Positions 38,938 to 48,907 of a stretch of 64,000 bases of DNA are shown in pieces. Origin of the DNA: an uncultured bacterium (GTDB taxonomy: Bacteria; Bipolaricaulota; Bipolaricaulia; UBA7950; UBA9294). The translations under genes were made by a program, and so were the position numbers. Within the stretch, counting starts at the first letter, position 1. Each line of letters begins with the position of its first letter. The notes under the pieces were generated by a model. That model saw only the letters and a program-made list of their open reading frames with translations. It did no database searches and was not told the DNA's origin. The stretch lies in the NCBI GenBank assembly GCA_903857865.1, contig CAIOGO010000020.1, forward strand, positions 43,064 to 107,063, written 5' to 3'.

Positions 38938-39555
38938 GTGAAGAGGGCGGCGCTGCTCGCGGTCGAGTTGATTCTTTGTTCGATTCCGCTTCTTGCTGGC
39001 CTTCCCAGCCTTCCTGTTCATGCTGACTCGTCAGACGTAGTCAATCCACTTGTCGCAGGTTCTGCCTATCGGGGTGCACCTGAGGTCCGATACGCTGCGA
39101 TCACGGCTGAGAAGGCGCAGGACCTCGCCACGATTGTCGGCAACATCGCTCCAGTTTCTCAGGAGACAAGAGTGCGCAGGAATATCGCCCATGCATCATT
39201 CTGCCTTCCTCAGAATGTGCTTGGGACTCTCTACTACGGGTTGCTCCAGCTCACTGGGAATGTTGTGGGCACTGCAGATATGAACGAGATGAAGATCATC
39301 GTGACCAGAACCCCCTTCGGCGTTTCATTGGGGAGGTACATCTTCGTCAGCACGTCCCTGCAGACTGAGAACACTGTAAGGCATGAGTATGGCCATACTA
39401 TGCAGGGCTACAAGCATGGCCCCTTCTACCTCCCGTTTGAGGGTTTGGTATCCCTTGTTCAGGCGGCCATCTCGCTGATCTCGCCCTCTTTCGCGAATCG
39501 CTACTTCGACAGGTGGCCTGAGAACGAGGCGAATGAACTCAGCGGGGTCAAATGA
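38938..39555 (+). CDS. Secreted hypothetical protein (signal peptide, possible HxxxH metal site)
   Basis: N-terminal signal-like LAVELILCSIPLLAGLPSLPVHA; visibly lower G+C than core genes; RBS AAGGAGGGAG before GTG. Confidence 0.5.
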   Translation: MKRAALLAVELILCSIPLLAGLPSLPVHADSSDVVNPLVAGSAYRGAPEVRYAAITAEKAQDLATIVGNIAPVSQETRVRRNIAHASFCLPQNVLGTLYYGLLQLTGNVVGTADMNEMKIIVTRTPFGVSLGRYIFVSTSLQTENTVRHEYGHTMQGYKHGPFYLPFEGLVSLVQAAISLISPSFANRYFDRWPENEANELSGVK

Positions 39556-39848
39556 GAGGCTGGCCTGTCCTCCAACCTCCGGTTCAACTCCAGCCTAGTA
39601 CCTCCCGTGGTAACTTCAGGCTCCACGCTGTCACCCGGTAGTCAGGATGAAGATTCCGGTTACGCCCATGCAGGCTCCTCGGCAGCGGCGCTTCTTCTCC
39701 CCAGGGGCGTTTCATGGTCCGCGGCCAGTCCCTCAAGCTCTTCGGCTTCTCTGCAGACGGTGCAGCGCTTCTCCGATGGCCTCGACTGCCACCGTAGCCT
39801 CCCTCCTCCGGAACGCAAGCCAAGGTGAGAATACCCTCGCTCTGCGGC

Positions 39849-40958
39849 TCAGCCTTCGGGGGATAGGTCCGTTCTAGGGTCGGTCTTCGCGAGGGCGGCC
39901 TCGAGTTCGCCGAGGAGCTCGGCGATGAGGTCCTTGACCGAGACGATCTTGTCGATCCGGTGGGCGTTCTGCCCACAGAAGACGAGGCCGTGGTCCACGT
40001 CTCCCCGACAGGCGTTCAGAAGGGCCTGGGCGATGCAGAACTTGGCCTCCGCGACCTTGCAGGCGGTCAGGCAATGGTACGGGCAATGGACCTGCGGAGG
40101 GTCCGCCTTCTCGAGGTCTACTAGAAACTTGTTCCGGATGGCGCGCCCAGGGAGACCGACGGGGCTCTTGATGATGACAATGTCCTCTTCCCTGGCGTCG
40201 AGATAGGTCTGCTTAAAGGCTTTGGCGGCATCACACTCCCAGGTGCAGACGAATCTCGTGGCCATCTGGACTCCGGATGCGCCAAGCCGCAGCATGCGGG
40301 CGATGTCGTGCCCGTCGTAGATGCCCCCAGCGGCGATGACCGGGATCGCCTTACCGTGGCGCTCTTCGTAAGGCTTCACGGTCTCTAGCACCTGGGGCAC
40401 GAGGGTCTCGAGTGCGAAGTCCTCCACATGCTGGAGTTCATCGCGGGAGAATCCGAGGTGTCCTCCTGCGAGGGGGCCCTCGAGGATGAAAGCGTCGGCG
40501 GTCCTCTCGTAGCGCTTCGCCCAAGCGCGAAGGATCAGGTCTGCGGCGCGAGCTGAGCTGACGATGGGAACGAGGTTCACCGAGGGGTCCGGGACCATCT
40601 CGGGCAGCCGCATCGGAAGACCTGCGCCAAAGACAATCATCTTGATGCCTTCTTCGACGGCCGTCTCCACAAGAACCTCGACGTTCCTGACTGCGCCCAT
40701 GAAGTTGACCGCGAGGATCCCCTGGGTCATGGATCGTGCCTTGCGGATCTCCGCCCGCAAGGCCTCGCAGGAGACGCGCTCGTAGTCCCGCGCGCCCCGC
40801 TCGAGATCGCCGAGCCCGATGCTGGAGATCGTGCCGATGCCGCCTTCCTCAGCCACTGCCGCAGCGAGGGACGCCATCGAGATCCTGACCCCCATCCCCC
40901 CTTGGACGATGGGGATATCGGCAATGAGGTCTCCGATACGAAGCTTTGGGATGCTCAT
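39849..40958 (-). CDS. Enoyl-[ACP] reductase FabK-like / nitronate monooxygenase family flavoprotein
   Basis: IVQGGMG N-terminal motif, AAGGI.DG FMN-binding region; RBS AAGGAAGAGAGG before ATG at 40958; ATGA overlap with upstream KAS gene. Confidence 0.8.
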   Translation of the reverse strand: MSIPKLRIGDLIADIPIVQGGMGVRISMASLAAAVAEEGGIGTISSIGLGDLERGARDYERVSCEALRAEIRKARSMTQGILAVNFMGAVRNVEVLVETAVEEGIKMIVFGAGLPMRLPEMVPDPSVNLVPIVSSARAADLILRAWAKRYERTADAFILEGPLAGGHLGFSRDELQHVEDFALETLVPQVLETVKPYEERHGKAIPVIAAGGIYDGHDIARMLRLGASGVQMATRFVCTWECDAAKAFKQTYLDAREEDIVIIKSPVGLPGRAIRNKFLVDLEKADPPQVHCPYHCLTACKVAEAKFCIAQALLNACRGDVDHGLVFCGQNAHRIDKIVSVKDLIAELLGELEAALAKTDPRTDLSPEG

Positions 40959-42262
40959 AGGCACCTCTCTTCCTTGAATCGCCTGACGACGAGGCAGGCG
41001 TTCCCGCCGCCGAAGCCGAACGACTGGGTCATCGCGACGTCGGGCTCGGTGAGCTCGGCTCCTTGGGTCACGTAGTCCAGGGGGCAATCCGGATCCGCTC
41101 GCTCATAGTTGATCGTCGAAGGGATCCAGCCGGTGGAGATACTCAGCACGGTGGCCGCGAACTCGACCGCCCCGGCCGCGGCGAGCAGGTGGCCGATCAT
41201 CGACTTGATCGAGCTGATCTTGAGTTTCGTGGCGTGGACTCCGAAGAGCCTCATCACCGCCGCGCTTTCGATCTTGTCGTTCAACACGGTGGACGTACCG
41301 TGGGCATTGATGTAGTCGACGTCCGTGGGGGCAACGCCGGCGTCGCGCAGCGCTCCCTGCATCGCGCGGAGCATGCCGTCGCCGTCGGGCTCCGGCGCGG
41401 TGATGTGGAACGCATCGGCCGTGTTGCCGTAACCCGTCAACTCAGCGTAGATCGGCGCCTGACGTCCGAGCGCGTGGTCGAGCCTCTCCAACACGACCAC
41501 ACCGGCTCCCTCGCCCATGACGAACCCATCGCGGTCCTTGTCGAACGGGCGGCTGGCGTGTTCGACATCGTCATTTCTGGTGGACATTGACCGTGTCCCG
41601 CAAAAACTGCCAAAAGGCAGCGGGCTCACACTGGCCTCCGCCCCTCCGGCCAGCATGATGTCGGCGTCGCCCCTTTCGAGGATGCGGTACGCATCGCCGA
41701 TGGCGTTCGCCCCGGTGGAGCAAGCAACGGACGGCGCGGACAGAGGGCCCTTCAGGCCATGGGTGATGGACACCATGCACGCAGCGGTGTTGATGAGGAC
41801 TTTGGTGACGACGAAGGGGCCCAGAGCGCGCGGGCCCTTCGCCAAGAGCTGGGCGTGTTCGGTCTCGATGGTCTGCGTGCCGCCGATGCCCGAGCCGATG
41901 ATCACACCTGCCCGGCACCTGTCGTAGTCCGCCCCCTGCAGGCGGGCATCCCGCATGGCCAGGTCCGCGGCCACAAGGGCGAACTGCGTGAACCGGTCCA
42001 CGCGTCGGGCAACCTTCTCGTCAAGCCAGTCTTCGGCACGGAAGTCCTTCACCTCTCCAGCCATCTGCGATCGATAGGCGGCCGGATCGAACAGGGTCAC
42101 GCGTGAAATGCCGTTTTGTCCGGCGAGCAGCTTCTCCCAGAAGGCCTCACGCCCTATGCCGATGGGGGTTGCGACGCCGATGCCGGTCACGACCACCCGA
42201 TGTCGCTGCAGGACGCGAGCCTCCCCACGGCCGCTCACCGATCCCAACCCCCCGACCCGCAA
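40955..42262 (-). CDS. 3-oxoacyl-[ACP] synthase II paralog
   Basis: KAS motifs VACSTGANAIG, HGTST, GHLLAAAG, SFGFGGGNA; true start probably an internal GTG a few codons in. Confidence 0.85.
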   Translation of the reverse strand: MRVGGLGSVSGRGEARVLQRHRVVVTGIGVATPIGIGREAFWEKLLAGQNGISRVTLFDPAAYRSQMAGEVKDFRAEDWLDEKVARRVDRFTQFALVAADLAMRDARLQGADYDRCRAGVIIGSGIGGTQTIETEHAQLLAKGPRALGPFVVTKVLINTAACMVSITHGLKGPLSAPSVACSTGANAIGDAYRILERGDADIMLAGGAEASVSPLPFGSFCGTRSMSTRNDDVEHASRPFDKDRDGFVMGEGAGVVVLERLDHALGRQAPIYAELTGYGNTADAFHITAPEPDGDGMLRAMQGALRDAGVAPTDVDYINAHGTSTVLNDKIESAAVMRLFGVHATKLKISSIKSMIGHLLAAAGAVEFAATVLSISTGWIPSTINYERADPDCPLDYVTQGAELTEPDVAMTQSFGFGGGNACLVVRRFKEERCL

Positions 42263-42533
42263 TCTGACAGCAGCGGGTATGAAGACCGTCGGCTGGCGGT
42301 GTGTGCGTCAAGTGGCGGCAACGCCGGCGACCCTTGCTCTCTACCCACCATCGCTCTAGCCTCCTTGCCGTGTGTTCAGCGTAACCGGCAGAGTCACGCC
42401 AGGGCAACCTCGCCGATCACATGGCGGTTCTTGGAGTTTCCTCGATATAGGAGCACCTGCAAGGCATGGGACAAGGGGGGACGCGCGGATCGGAAAGGAA
42501 GCTCACGGAGTGCTACGGCAAAGGCCGCCGAGC

Positions 42534-43313
42534 TCACCCGAGCAGCAGTCTGTCGTCGGCCACCTCTCGCTGCGCGAAGAACTCGACGAGCTGAGGAACG
42601 CTCGCCGTTCTCTTCTCCTCTCCGGCAAGCTCGTAGAGGACCTCTCCCCTGTGCATCATGACGAGGCGATTCCCTACCTCGAGCGCCTGCGCCATGTTGT
42701 GGGTGACCATGAGCACGGTCAGACCCAGTCGCTCAACGAAGTCACAAGTCAACTGAGTGATCAGCGCGGCATTCCGCGGATCGAGCGCCGCCGTGTGTTC
42801 GTCGAGGAGGAGAACCTCGGGGCGGGCCAGCGTCGCCATCAGTACCGCGAGGGCTTGGCGCTCGCCGCCGGAGAGCAAGGACACCCGGCAATCCAAACGC
42901 TGTTCAAGTCCGATGCCAAGAGCCTCGAGACGGCGGTGGATCTCGTGGCGCAACCTGCGGGAGAGCGCCGGCCGCAGCGTCCGAGTCCCTCTCGACGCTG
43001 CGAGAGCAAGATTCTCCGCGACGGACATGGAGGGCGCCGTTCCTGCAAGCGGGTTCTGGACGATCCAGCTCACTCGCCGTGCCCGTCGATAGGCCGGCGC
43101 AGCGCTCACGTCATCCTCGCCAAGAACGATGCGCCCCGACGTGAGGGGGACGACGCCCGCGATCAGGTTCAGAAGGGTGCTCTTGCCGGCGCCGTTCGAG
43201 CCGATGATCGTGAGGAAGTCCCCGCGGGCCAGGAAGAGGCTCACCTCGCGTACAGCGACCACCGTGTCGGGACCAGAGCGGTACGTCTTGGAGACCTGTT
43301 CGATCCTCAGCAT
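42534..43313 (-). CDS. ABC transporter ATP-binding protein (uptake system)
   Basis: Walker A GSNGAGKST, signature LSGGERQ, Walker B LLLDEHTAALD. Confidence 0.85.
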   Translation of the reverse strand: MLRIEQVSKTYRSGPDTVVAVREVSLFLARGDFLTIIGSNGAGKSTLLNLIAGVVPLTSGRIVLGEDDVSAAPAYRRARRVSWIVQNPLAGTAPSMSVAENLALAASRGTRTLRPALSRRLRHEIHRRLEALGIGLEQRLDCRVSLLSGGERQALAVLMATLARPEVLLLDEHTAALDPRNAALITQLTCDFVERLGLTVLMVTHNMAQALEVGNRLVMMHRGEVLYELAGEEKRTASVPQLVEFFAQREVADDRLLLG

Positions 43314-44203
43314 GAGCTCACCTTCCGCAGCCGCCGCTCGCGGACGGCCGGGATAACGAGCGCCAGAATGACGAGAAGGGCTGTGATCAGCTTGAGATCG
43401 CTCGCCTGAAACCCCACGGCGTAGCCGTAGCGCAGTGCGATCACTACGGCCATCCGGTAGACGAGTGACCCAACCAGGACGCTGGCCGTCATCCAGCCCA
43501 CTCGCCGCGACCGGATGAGGGATCCGCCGAGGATGACGGCCGCGAGTCCCGTCACGATCGTCCCAATCCCCATCCCGATATCGGCGAATCCCCCGTACTG
43601 CGCGACGAGCGCCCCGGAGAGGGCGACAAGGCCGTTCGACAAGGCAAGGCCAAGCATCTTCATCGCGCGCGGATCGACGGCGTGGGCACTGACCATGGCC
43701 TCGTTGTCTCCGGCCGCTCGCAAGGCGAATCCGACCTCGGTCTTGAGGAAGAAGTCAAGGCCAAGCTTCACGGCCAGGGTGAGCAACGCGACGAACGCGA
43801 GGATGGCCAAGGGTCCGAGAGGCGACCAAGAGCCATCGACGACCTGCATCGCCGTCGAAGCGCGAAGCAGAGACAGGTTGGGACGCCCCATGATTCGCAG
43901 GTTGATCGAGTAGAGCATGATCATGGTGAGAACGCCGGCGAGCAGGCTGCTGATCCCAAGGCGGGTGTTGAGGAACCCCGTGACCATCCCCGCTGCCGCT
44001 CCGGCAAGGAATGCTGCGGCCAGCGCGAGGAAAGGATCACCGCCGTTCAAAATGAGGAGTGAGGCGATGGCCGCCCCGGTCACGAAGCTCCCGTCGACGG
44101 TCAGGTCGGGGAACTGCAGGACCCGATACGTCAGGAAGACGCCGAGAGCGGCGATCCCGTACGCCAGGCCTTGCTCAATCGCGTGCATCAGGAGTTCTGC
44201 CAT
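43307..44203 (-). CDS. ABC transporter permease
   Basis: Multi-TM protein tightly linked to ATPase and binding protein. Confidence 0.8.
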   Translation of the reverse strand: MAELLMHAIEQGLAYGIAALGVFLTYRVLQFPDLTVDGSFVTGAAIASLLILNGGDPFLALAAAFLAGAAAGMVTGFLNTRLGISSLLAGVLTMIMLYSINLRIMGRPNLSLLRASTAMQVVDGSWSPLGPLAILAFVALLTLAVKLGLDFFLKTEVGFALRAAGDNEAMVSAHAVDPRAMKMLGLALSNGLVALSGALVAQYGGFADIGMGIGTIVTGLAAVILGGSLIRSRRVGWMTASVLVGSLVYRMAVVIALRYGYAVGFQASDLKLITALLVILALVIPAVRERRLRKVSSC

Positions 44204-44221
44204 CGCCTCTCCTCTCTCTTG

Positions 44222-45226
44222 TTACAGGCTCTTCCGTTCCCACGAGGCGCCGCCGTAGAGAATGGCCGACGCTTGTTCGATGACCGCTGCGGGGAAGACG
44301 AGACCGATTCGCGCCGCTTGATCGAGGTTGAGGTGGACTTCCGCTCGCGGCTGGTAGGTCACGGGGATGGTGTCCGGGCGCACGCCCGAGAGAACCCGTA
44401 GCACGATGTCTCCTACCACGAGCCCGTGCTGGTAGTAGTCGAAGCCGGCCGCGAGGGTCGCGTGGGCCAGGCTCGTCGGATCGGCCACAAGGAACGGAAC
44501 TCCCGCTGCCTCCGACGCCGCCAGGACGGAGTCAATGGCCGAGACGACCGTGTTGTCGGTCGTAACGTAGAAGGCATCGACTCGTCCGACCAGCGATTGC
44601 GCGGCCATCTGGACGTTGGCCGACGAGTCGGCCGCCGCCGTCAGGATGGTGACTCCGACGCTCGCCGCCGCCGCCTGGGCCATAGCCGTCAGGATGGCCG
44701 AATTGGCCTCGCCCGGGTTGTAGACCATGCCCACTCTCGTGATCCCCGGACTTACGTCGCGGAGAAGCTGGAGGTGAGCAGCCACGGGGATCATGTCCGA
44801 GACTCCCGTGACGTTCTGGTTCGTGCTGGGATCGGTTGCGCTCGGCACAAGACCGGCGCCGACCGGATCCGTCACGGCAGCATAGATCACGGGCGTACTG
44901 GTCCCGCGGAAGACCTGAACCGCCGCTTGCGCCGTCGGCGTTGCGATCGCTACCACGAGAGCCACACCTCGGGCCTGGTAGTCTTGCGCGATGGCCACGG
45001 CAGTTCCCGGGTCCCCTTGGGCGCTAGCGAGGAGATACTCCACATCAACGCCACGTTCGTAGCCAGCCGCTGTCAGCGCGTCGATGACGCCCTGTTCGAC
45101 GGCATCGAGCGCTGGATGCTCGACGATTTTGCAGATCCCTATCTTGATCGGCGCGGCCGACAGACCGAGCCCCATCGCGCAACACACCAGACCAACAACA
45201 AGCAGGGCCGAAAGACCTCTTTTCAC
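44222..45226 (-). CDS. ABC transporter substrate-binding lipoprotein
   Basis: Signal peptide with lipobox-like LVCCAMG; periplasmic binding fold; RBS AAGGAG before GTG at 45226. Confidence 0.8.
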   Translation of the reverse strand: MKRGLSALLVVGLVCCAMGLGLSAAPIKIGICKIVEHPALDAVEQGVIDALTAAGYERGVDVEYLLASAQGDPGTAVAIAQDYQARGVALVVAIATPTAQAAVQVFRGTSTPVIYAAVTDPVGAGLVPSATDPSTNQNVTGVSDMIPVAAHLQLLRDVSPGITRVGMVYNPGEANSAILTAMAQAAAASVGVTILTAAADSSANVQMAAQSLVGRVDAFYVTTDNTVVSAIDSVLAASEAAGVPFLVADPTSLAHATLAAGFDYYQHGLVVGDIVLRVLSGVRPDTIPVTYQPRAEVHLNLDQAARIGLVFPAAVIEQASAILYGGASWERKSL

Positions 45227-45366
45227 GTCTACTCCTTTGCGTGTATTCTTTCGGCGGGCCCCAATGAGCCCGCCAGGGCCGTTGGTGTTTCACCCACGCC
45301 GCCCGCAGGAATTCCGCAAGAGTGCCCTGCGGGCGGTACTCCTACCTTCCTGTTCGCCCACCTCCT

Positions 45367-45405
45367 CCAAAAAGGAGGCGACTGCGGGCAGTGCCCGCAG
45401 TCGCC
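45367..45405 (-). terminator. Intrinsic-terminator-like hairpin inside the leader of the ABC uptake operon (attenuator or end of a small RNA)
   Basis: Inverted repeat GGCGACTGCGGGCA / TGCCCGCAGTCGCC followed on the minus strand by CCTTTTTGG, about 150 nt upstream of the binding-protein start. Confidence 0.5.
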
Positions 45406-45544
45406 TCTCCGGTCTCTCCTCAGCCCCGCGCGCCCGCGGCTAGTTGGCTGGGGAGAAACCGGACGTAAACCAATACCAGCAGAAGTACGATGCGCTGACG
45501 ATCCTTCTCGCGGCCATCGACCCTGTTGGAGACATGTTGTATCG

Positions 45545-45573
45545 ACTATATGCTGCATAGCGATCCGTGTCAA
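45545..45573 (-). promoter_or_regulatory. Promoter-like TTGACA-17 nt-TATAGT on the minus strand
   Basis: Near-consensus hexamers read on the reverse complement, about 310 nt upstream of the binding-protein start and about 150 nt upstream of the terminator hairpin. Confidence 0.4.
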
Positions 45574-46081
45574 TGGGTTTGCCTTCGCGTTGGCACGGGG
45601 CAACTGATCTCGCAGGCATCTTCCCGGAAGCCGGTCCACGGTCAGGATCAGGATCGGCATGAATGGACTCTGACCCCTCAGGACGATCCGGTAGAGTGCT
45701 AGAATCGCGCTCAGCGAGTCTCGAAGCTACGCAGCAACGGACAGGGAGTGGCCTCCCTCCGATCTCTCTCTACGACCGGCCAGAAAAGAGGTTCGAGACT
45801 CGTCCGCTGCGACGCGCGTCGCGGGAAGGTCTTGGGGACAGTCCGATGTACGGCTCGCCGACTGTCAGAATCTCCAGAGCGTCCCCTATCCAGCCCAAAG
45901 ACCCCAATGAGAAGGGTGCCGTTCTTCTCGGGACCCCGACGGCACACCGTCCCATGTCATTCCCGCGGCCCCACTCCATCCGTGCAGCACATCCTATCGC
46001 TGCGACCGCAGGAGATTCTCGTGCGACAGGCTCGTTGCGGTACGCGTCGGCTGTCCGGTATCCTCCGGGCGGAGGCAACCG

Positions 46082-46327
46082 ATGGCCCTATCGAAAGCTC
46101 AGGAGAAGGCGTTCGAGAAGTGGTTGGCCTCGCGTGGCGTTCGCCCGAAATGCGCGGCGTGCGGGACGGAGTCCGGATGGATGGTGCACAACGAGATCCT
46201 CTCGGCGATGGTGCTCGATCTCGACCACAAGAAGATCTCGCCATCCACCGCGGGGTTCTTCGTCCTCGTGTGCAAGCACTGCAAGCACGTGATGTTCTTC
46301 GCGGCAGCTCCCATCCTTCAGGGCTAA
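46082..46327 (+). CDS. Small CxxC...CxxC zinc-ribbon-like protein, unknown function
   Basis: 81 aa with CAACG and CKHCKH pairs; GGAGG 6 nt before ATG. Confidence 0.5.
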   Translation: MALSKAQEKAFEKWLASRGVRPKCAACGTESGWMVHNEILSAMVLDLDHKKISPSTAGFFVLVCKHCKHVMFFAAAPILQG

Positions 46328-46423
46328 GGAGTCTGGAACGCGGCGGGCGAGTGACGGACGGCCTCGATGATGGCGTGGACTTGAGTGTCAGTCTCAGCAG
46401 CGGGCAATAGGGAGGAAGCCGCC

Positions 46424-47020
46424 ATGGTCAATCAGGTTGGAGTCTTGGGAATCGTCGGAAGTCCCCGCGAGGGTGGGAATACGGACACTCTCGTGACAGA
46501 AGTGCTGCGCGGCGCAGAGGAAGCCGGTGCTCGCTCGCGCAAGCTCTTCGTCGGGCGGTACAAGATCGCGGCCTGCACGGGGTGCGGCGGGTGCGTCAAG
46601 ACCGGTCGCTGCATCAGCCGCGACGGCATGGACGAGCTCGTCCCACTCATGGAGACGCACCAGGTCTGGGTTCTCGCCACGCCCGTCTATTGGTGGGGCG
46701 CGACCGCGCAGATGAAGGTGTTCATCGACCGCTGGTTCGCCCCGTGGGTGAACCCGAAGACGCGCGAGGTGTTCCGCAACCGAGTCGCCGTCGTGGTGGC
46801 TCCCCTCGGTGACGCCAACGCGGCCGTCGCACGGCACACGACGGGCATGTTCGAGGACATCTTCGCGTTCCTCGGAATCCCGATCGCCGCGACGGTCATC
46901 GCCCCCGAGGTCGGGGGATCGGGCATCGAGGCGGGAGCCGACGTCTTGAAGCGTCCGGAGATCATGAAGGCAGCGCACGACGCCGGCCGAACGGCAGCCG
47001 AGATGGCACGCTCGAAGTAG
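46424..47020 (+). CDS. Iron-sulfur flavoprotein / NADPH-dependent FMN reductase family
   Basis: Flavodoxin-like N-terminus VLGIVGSPREGGNT and compact Cys cluster CTGCGGCVKTGRC; RBS GGGAGGAAG before ATG at 46424. Confidence 0.75.
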   Translation: MVNQVGVLGIVGSPREGGNTDTLVTEVLRGAEEAGARSRKLFVGRYKIAACTGCGGCVKTGRCISRDGMDELVPLMETHQVWVLATPVYWWGATAQMKVFIDRWFAPWVNPKTREVFRNRVAVVVAPLGDANAAVARHTTGMFEDIFAFLGIPIAATVIAPEVGGSGIEAGADVLKRPEIMKAAHDAGRTAAEMARSK

Positions 47021-47032
47021 GGCGCTGCGCCT

Positions 47033-48889
47033 CTACGTCACGTACCCGGCCTTGCGGTAGAGGGCAAGGCCCCGGCGCACGTCGTCGACAGGGACGAGGG
47101 TCCCGGCGTCGAGGGACAGGACAAGCGCAATGTCAAGTGGAGTCTGTGTCCCGTCGCAATGGTTGAGCAATCCCTCGGCCAGCGCGCGGTGGTTCGCCCC
47201 GAGACGGTCCTTGAAGAAGACGCGCTCCTCGTCCGTGAATCGGTCGGTGATCGAGTACACGAGCGGCCCGTCGATGCGGCGAGTGGGCCTCTCCTCCTCG
47301 CCTTTCAGCACAGAGACACGGCTTCCCGACGATGCGGGGCCGAGGGCGCCCCGCGTTCGCCGCAGGACGTCGACCAGCGCCCCGCGCCGCCGTCCGTCGA
47401 TCGAGGCCAGCGTGTTCGCCCGGGCCAACTCAACAGCCAGCGCCAGGTCGAGGAGGCGCGCCCCGAGCGCCGGCTCGAGGTCGCGCGCCAGGTCCGCCGC
47501 CCGCGTGAGTTCGCGGACGCTGTACGCGAGAAGCCAGCCTGCCACGCGCTCGGCCTCGTCGCCCTCCGGGCACGCGAGTGCCGCCACGACCCCCGCCAGA
47601 ATTGCCACCTGCTTCAGCCGCGTCGTATCGAGGTTGCCGACGGTGTCGAAGTCGGTGTGCCAATAGGGGTCATCGTGACCGAGCATCACCGCAGGGATTC
47701 GGTGCGGGCTCGCGGCGAACACAAGGTGATCGCTTCCGCCGCTCGGTCGGTCGAACGACCCGTGGAGCGGGCGCGCCGATCCGCGCGGCGACTCGGTCAC
47801 GCGAGACGCTGCGATCCTCGCCAGGACGGGCTCGAACAAGGCGTTGACGTAGTGAGGCGTGTGGTTCGCTGCTCGGAAGACGCGCAACGGCTCCCCGATC
47901 CTCTCCGGCGACGGGCCGACCATGTCCAAGTTGAGTGCGACCTCGACGTTGCGGAGTTCCTCGGCGTGCGCGGCCGCCCACGGCAGCGTGCCGTAGAACT
48001 CGGGCATCCACAGGAAGCGGAACCCCGTGCGAGAGTCGAACGCGTCACGACACGTTTGCAGAGTGCGCGCCAGTTCCACGAGGACCGCGCTCCCCGAGGC
48101 GTTGTCGTTCGCCGACCCGCGCGGGTGGCAGAGATGCGCCGTCAGCAGAACCTCCCGCGGCCGCGGGCCTCGGCCGCCGATCTCGGCCTCGATGACGCGC
48201 AACGCCCCGTCGCCGAACTCCGCGCCCACCTCGCCGCGGAGCGTTGCCGGCCCGGCGGCGAGTTCCTTCACCAGCCGATCGGCCGCCCGACGTGAGATAG
48301 AGAACGCAGGAACAAGATGCGGAATCTCGTCCGCCGTGGGGAAGATGCTCTGGTATTGAACCAAGTCGTGCGAGACCGCGGCCCTCTCTTGATCGGGGTA
48401 GACGACGACGCCGACCGCTCCGCGCGCCGCCGCTCGCGGGACGACGTCGCTTGCCCGTGCGCAGGCGAGCACCACCTTTCCGGCGAGGTCAGCCGTGTCG
48501 TAATCCGCATCCCCCGTCGGTGCCCCCAGGTGAACCAGCTCGCCCTCGAACGTACCCCCCGGGGAGTGCACGACGACGCCCTGGGCGACCTCCGCGAAGT
48601 CGATGAGCTTCCGCTGCGCCGGCGCCGTCTCGACCAGCGTTCCCGCTCGCACCGACCACGCCGGCGGCGACACCCACTCGTAGGTCTTCGTTCGCCCATC
48701 GGCCGGGTAGTCGTGTACCGTCGCGGCTACGCCCGCCTCGGCGAGCCTTCGACAGACCACATCGGCCGCCTCGACGTAGCCCGGCGAGCCGGGAATGCGA
48801 TGGAAGCGCGCGATCTCGGCCGCCGTCTCCAGGATGCGGACTCCCGAGACTGCCTCGGCCAACTCGCGAATTGCGTCCTCACTCCGCAT
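47033..48889 (-). CDS. M28-peptidase-like / DUF4910-type protein
   Basis: N-terminal ELARFHRIPGSPGY-type motif and central aminopeptidase-like fold; long coding-biased ORF. Confidence 0.7.
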   Translation of the reverse strand: MRSEDAIRELAEAVSGVRILETAAEIARFHRIPGSPGYVEAADVVCRRLAEAGVAATVHDYPADGRTKTYEWVSPPAWSVRAGTLVETAPAQRKLIDFAEVAQGVVVHSPGGTFEGELVHLGAPTGDADYDTADLAGKVVLACARASDVVPRAAARGAVGVVVYPDQERAAVSHDLVQYQSIFPTADEIPHLVPAFSISRRAADRLVKELAAGPATLRGEVGAEFGDGALRVIEAEIGGRGPRPREVLLTAHLCHPRGSANDNASGSAVLVELARTLQTCRDAFDSRTGFRFLWMPEFYGTLPWAAAHAEELRNVEVALNLDMVGPSPERIGEPLRVFRAANHTPHYVNALFEPVLARIAASRVTESPRGSARPLHGSFDRPSGGSDHLVFAASPHRIPAVMLGHDDPYWHTDFDTVGNLDTTRLKQVAILAGVVAALACPEGDEAERVAGWLLAYSVRELTRAADLARDLEPALGARLLDLALAVELARANTLASIDGRRRGALVDVLRRTRGALGPASSGSRVSVLKGEEERPTRRIDGPLVYSITDRFTDEERVFFKDRLGANHRALAEGLLNHCDGTQTPLDIALVLSLDAGTLVPVDDVRRGLALYRKAGYVT

Positions 48890-48907
48890 CTCACCCTCCT
48901 GCCGTGC

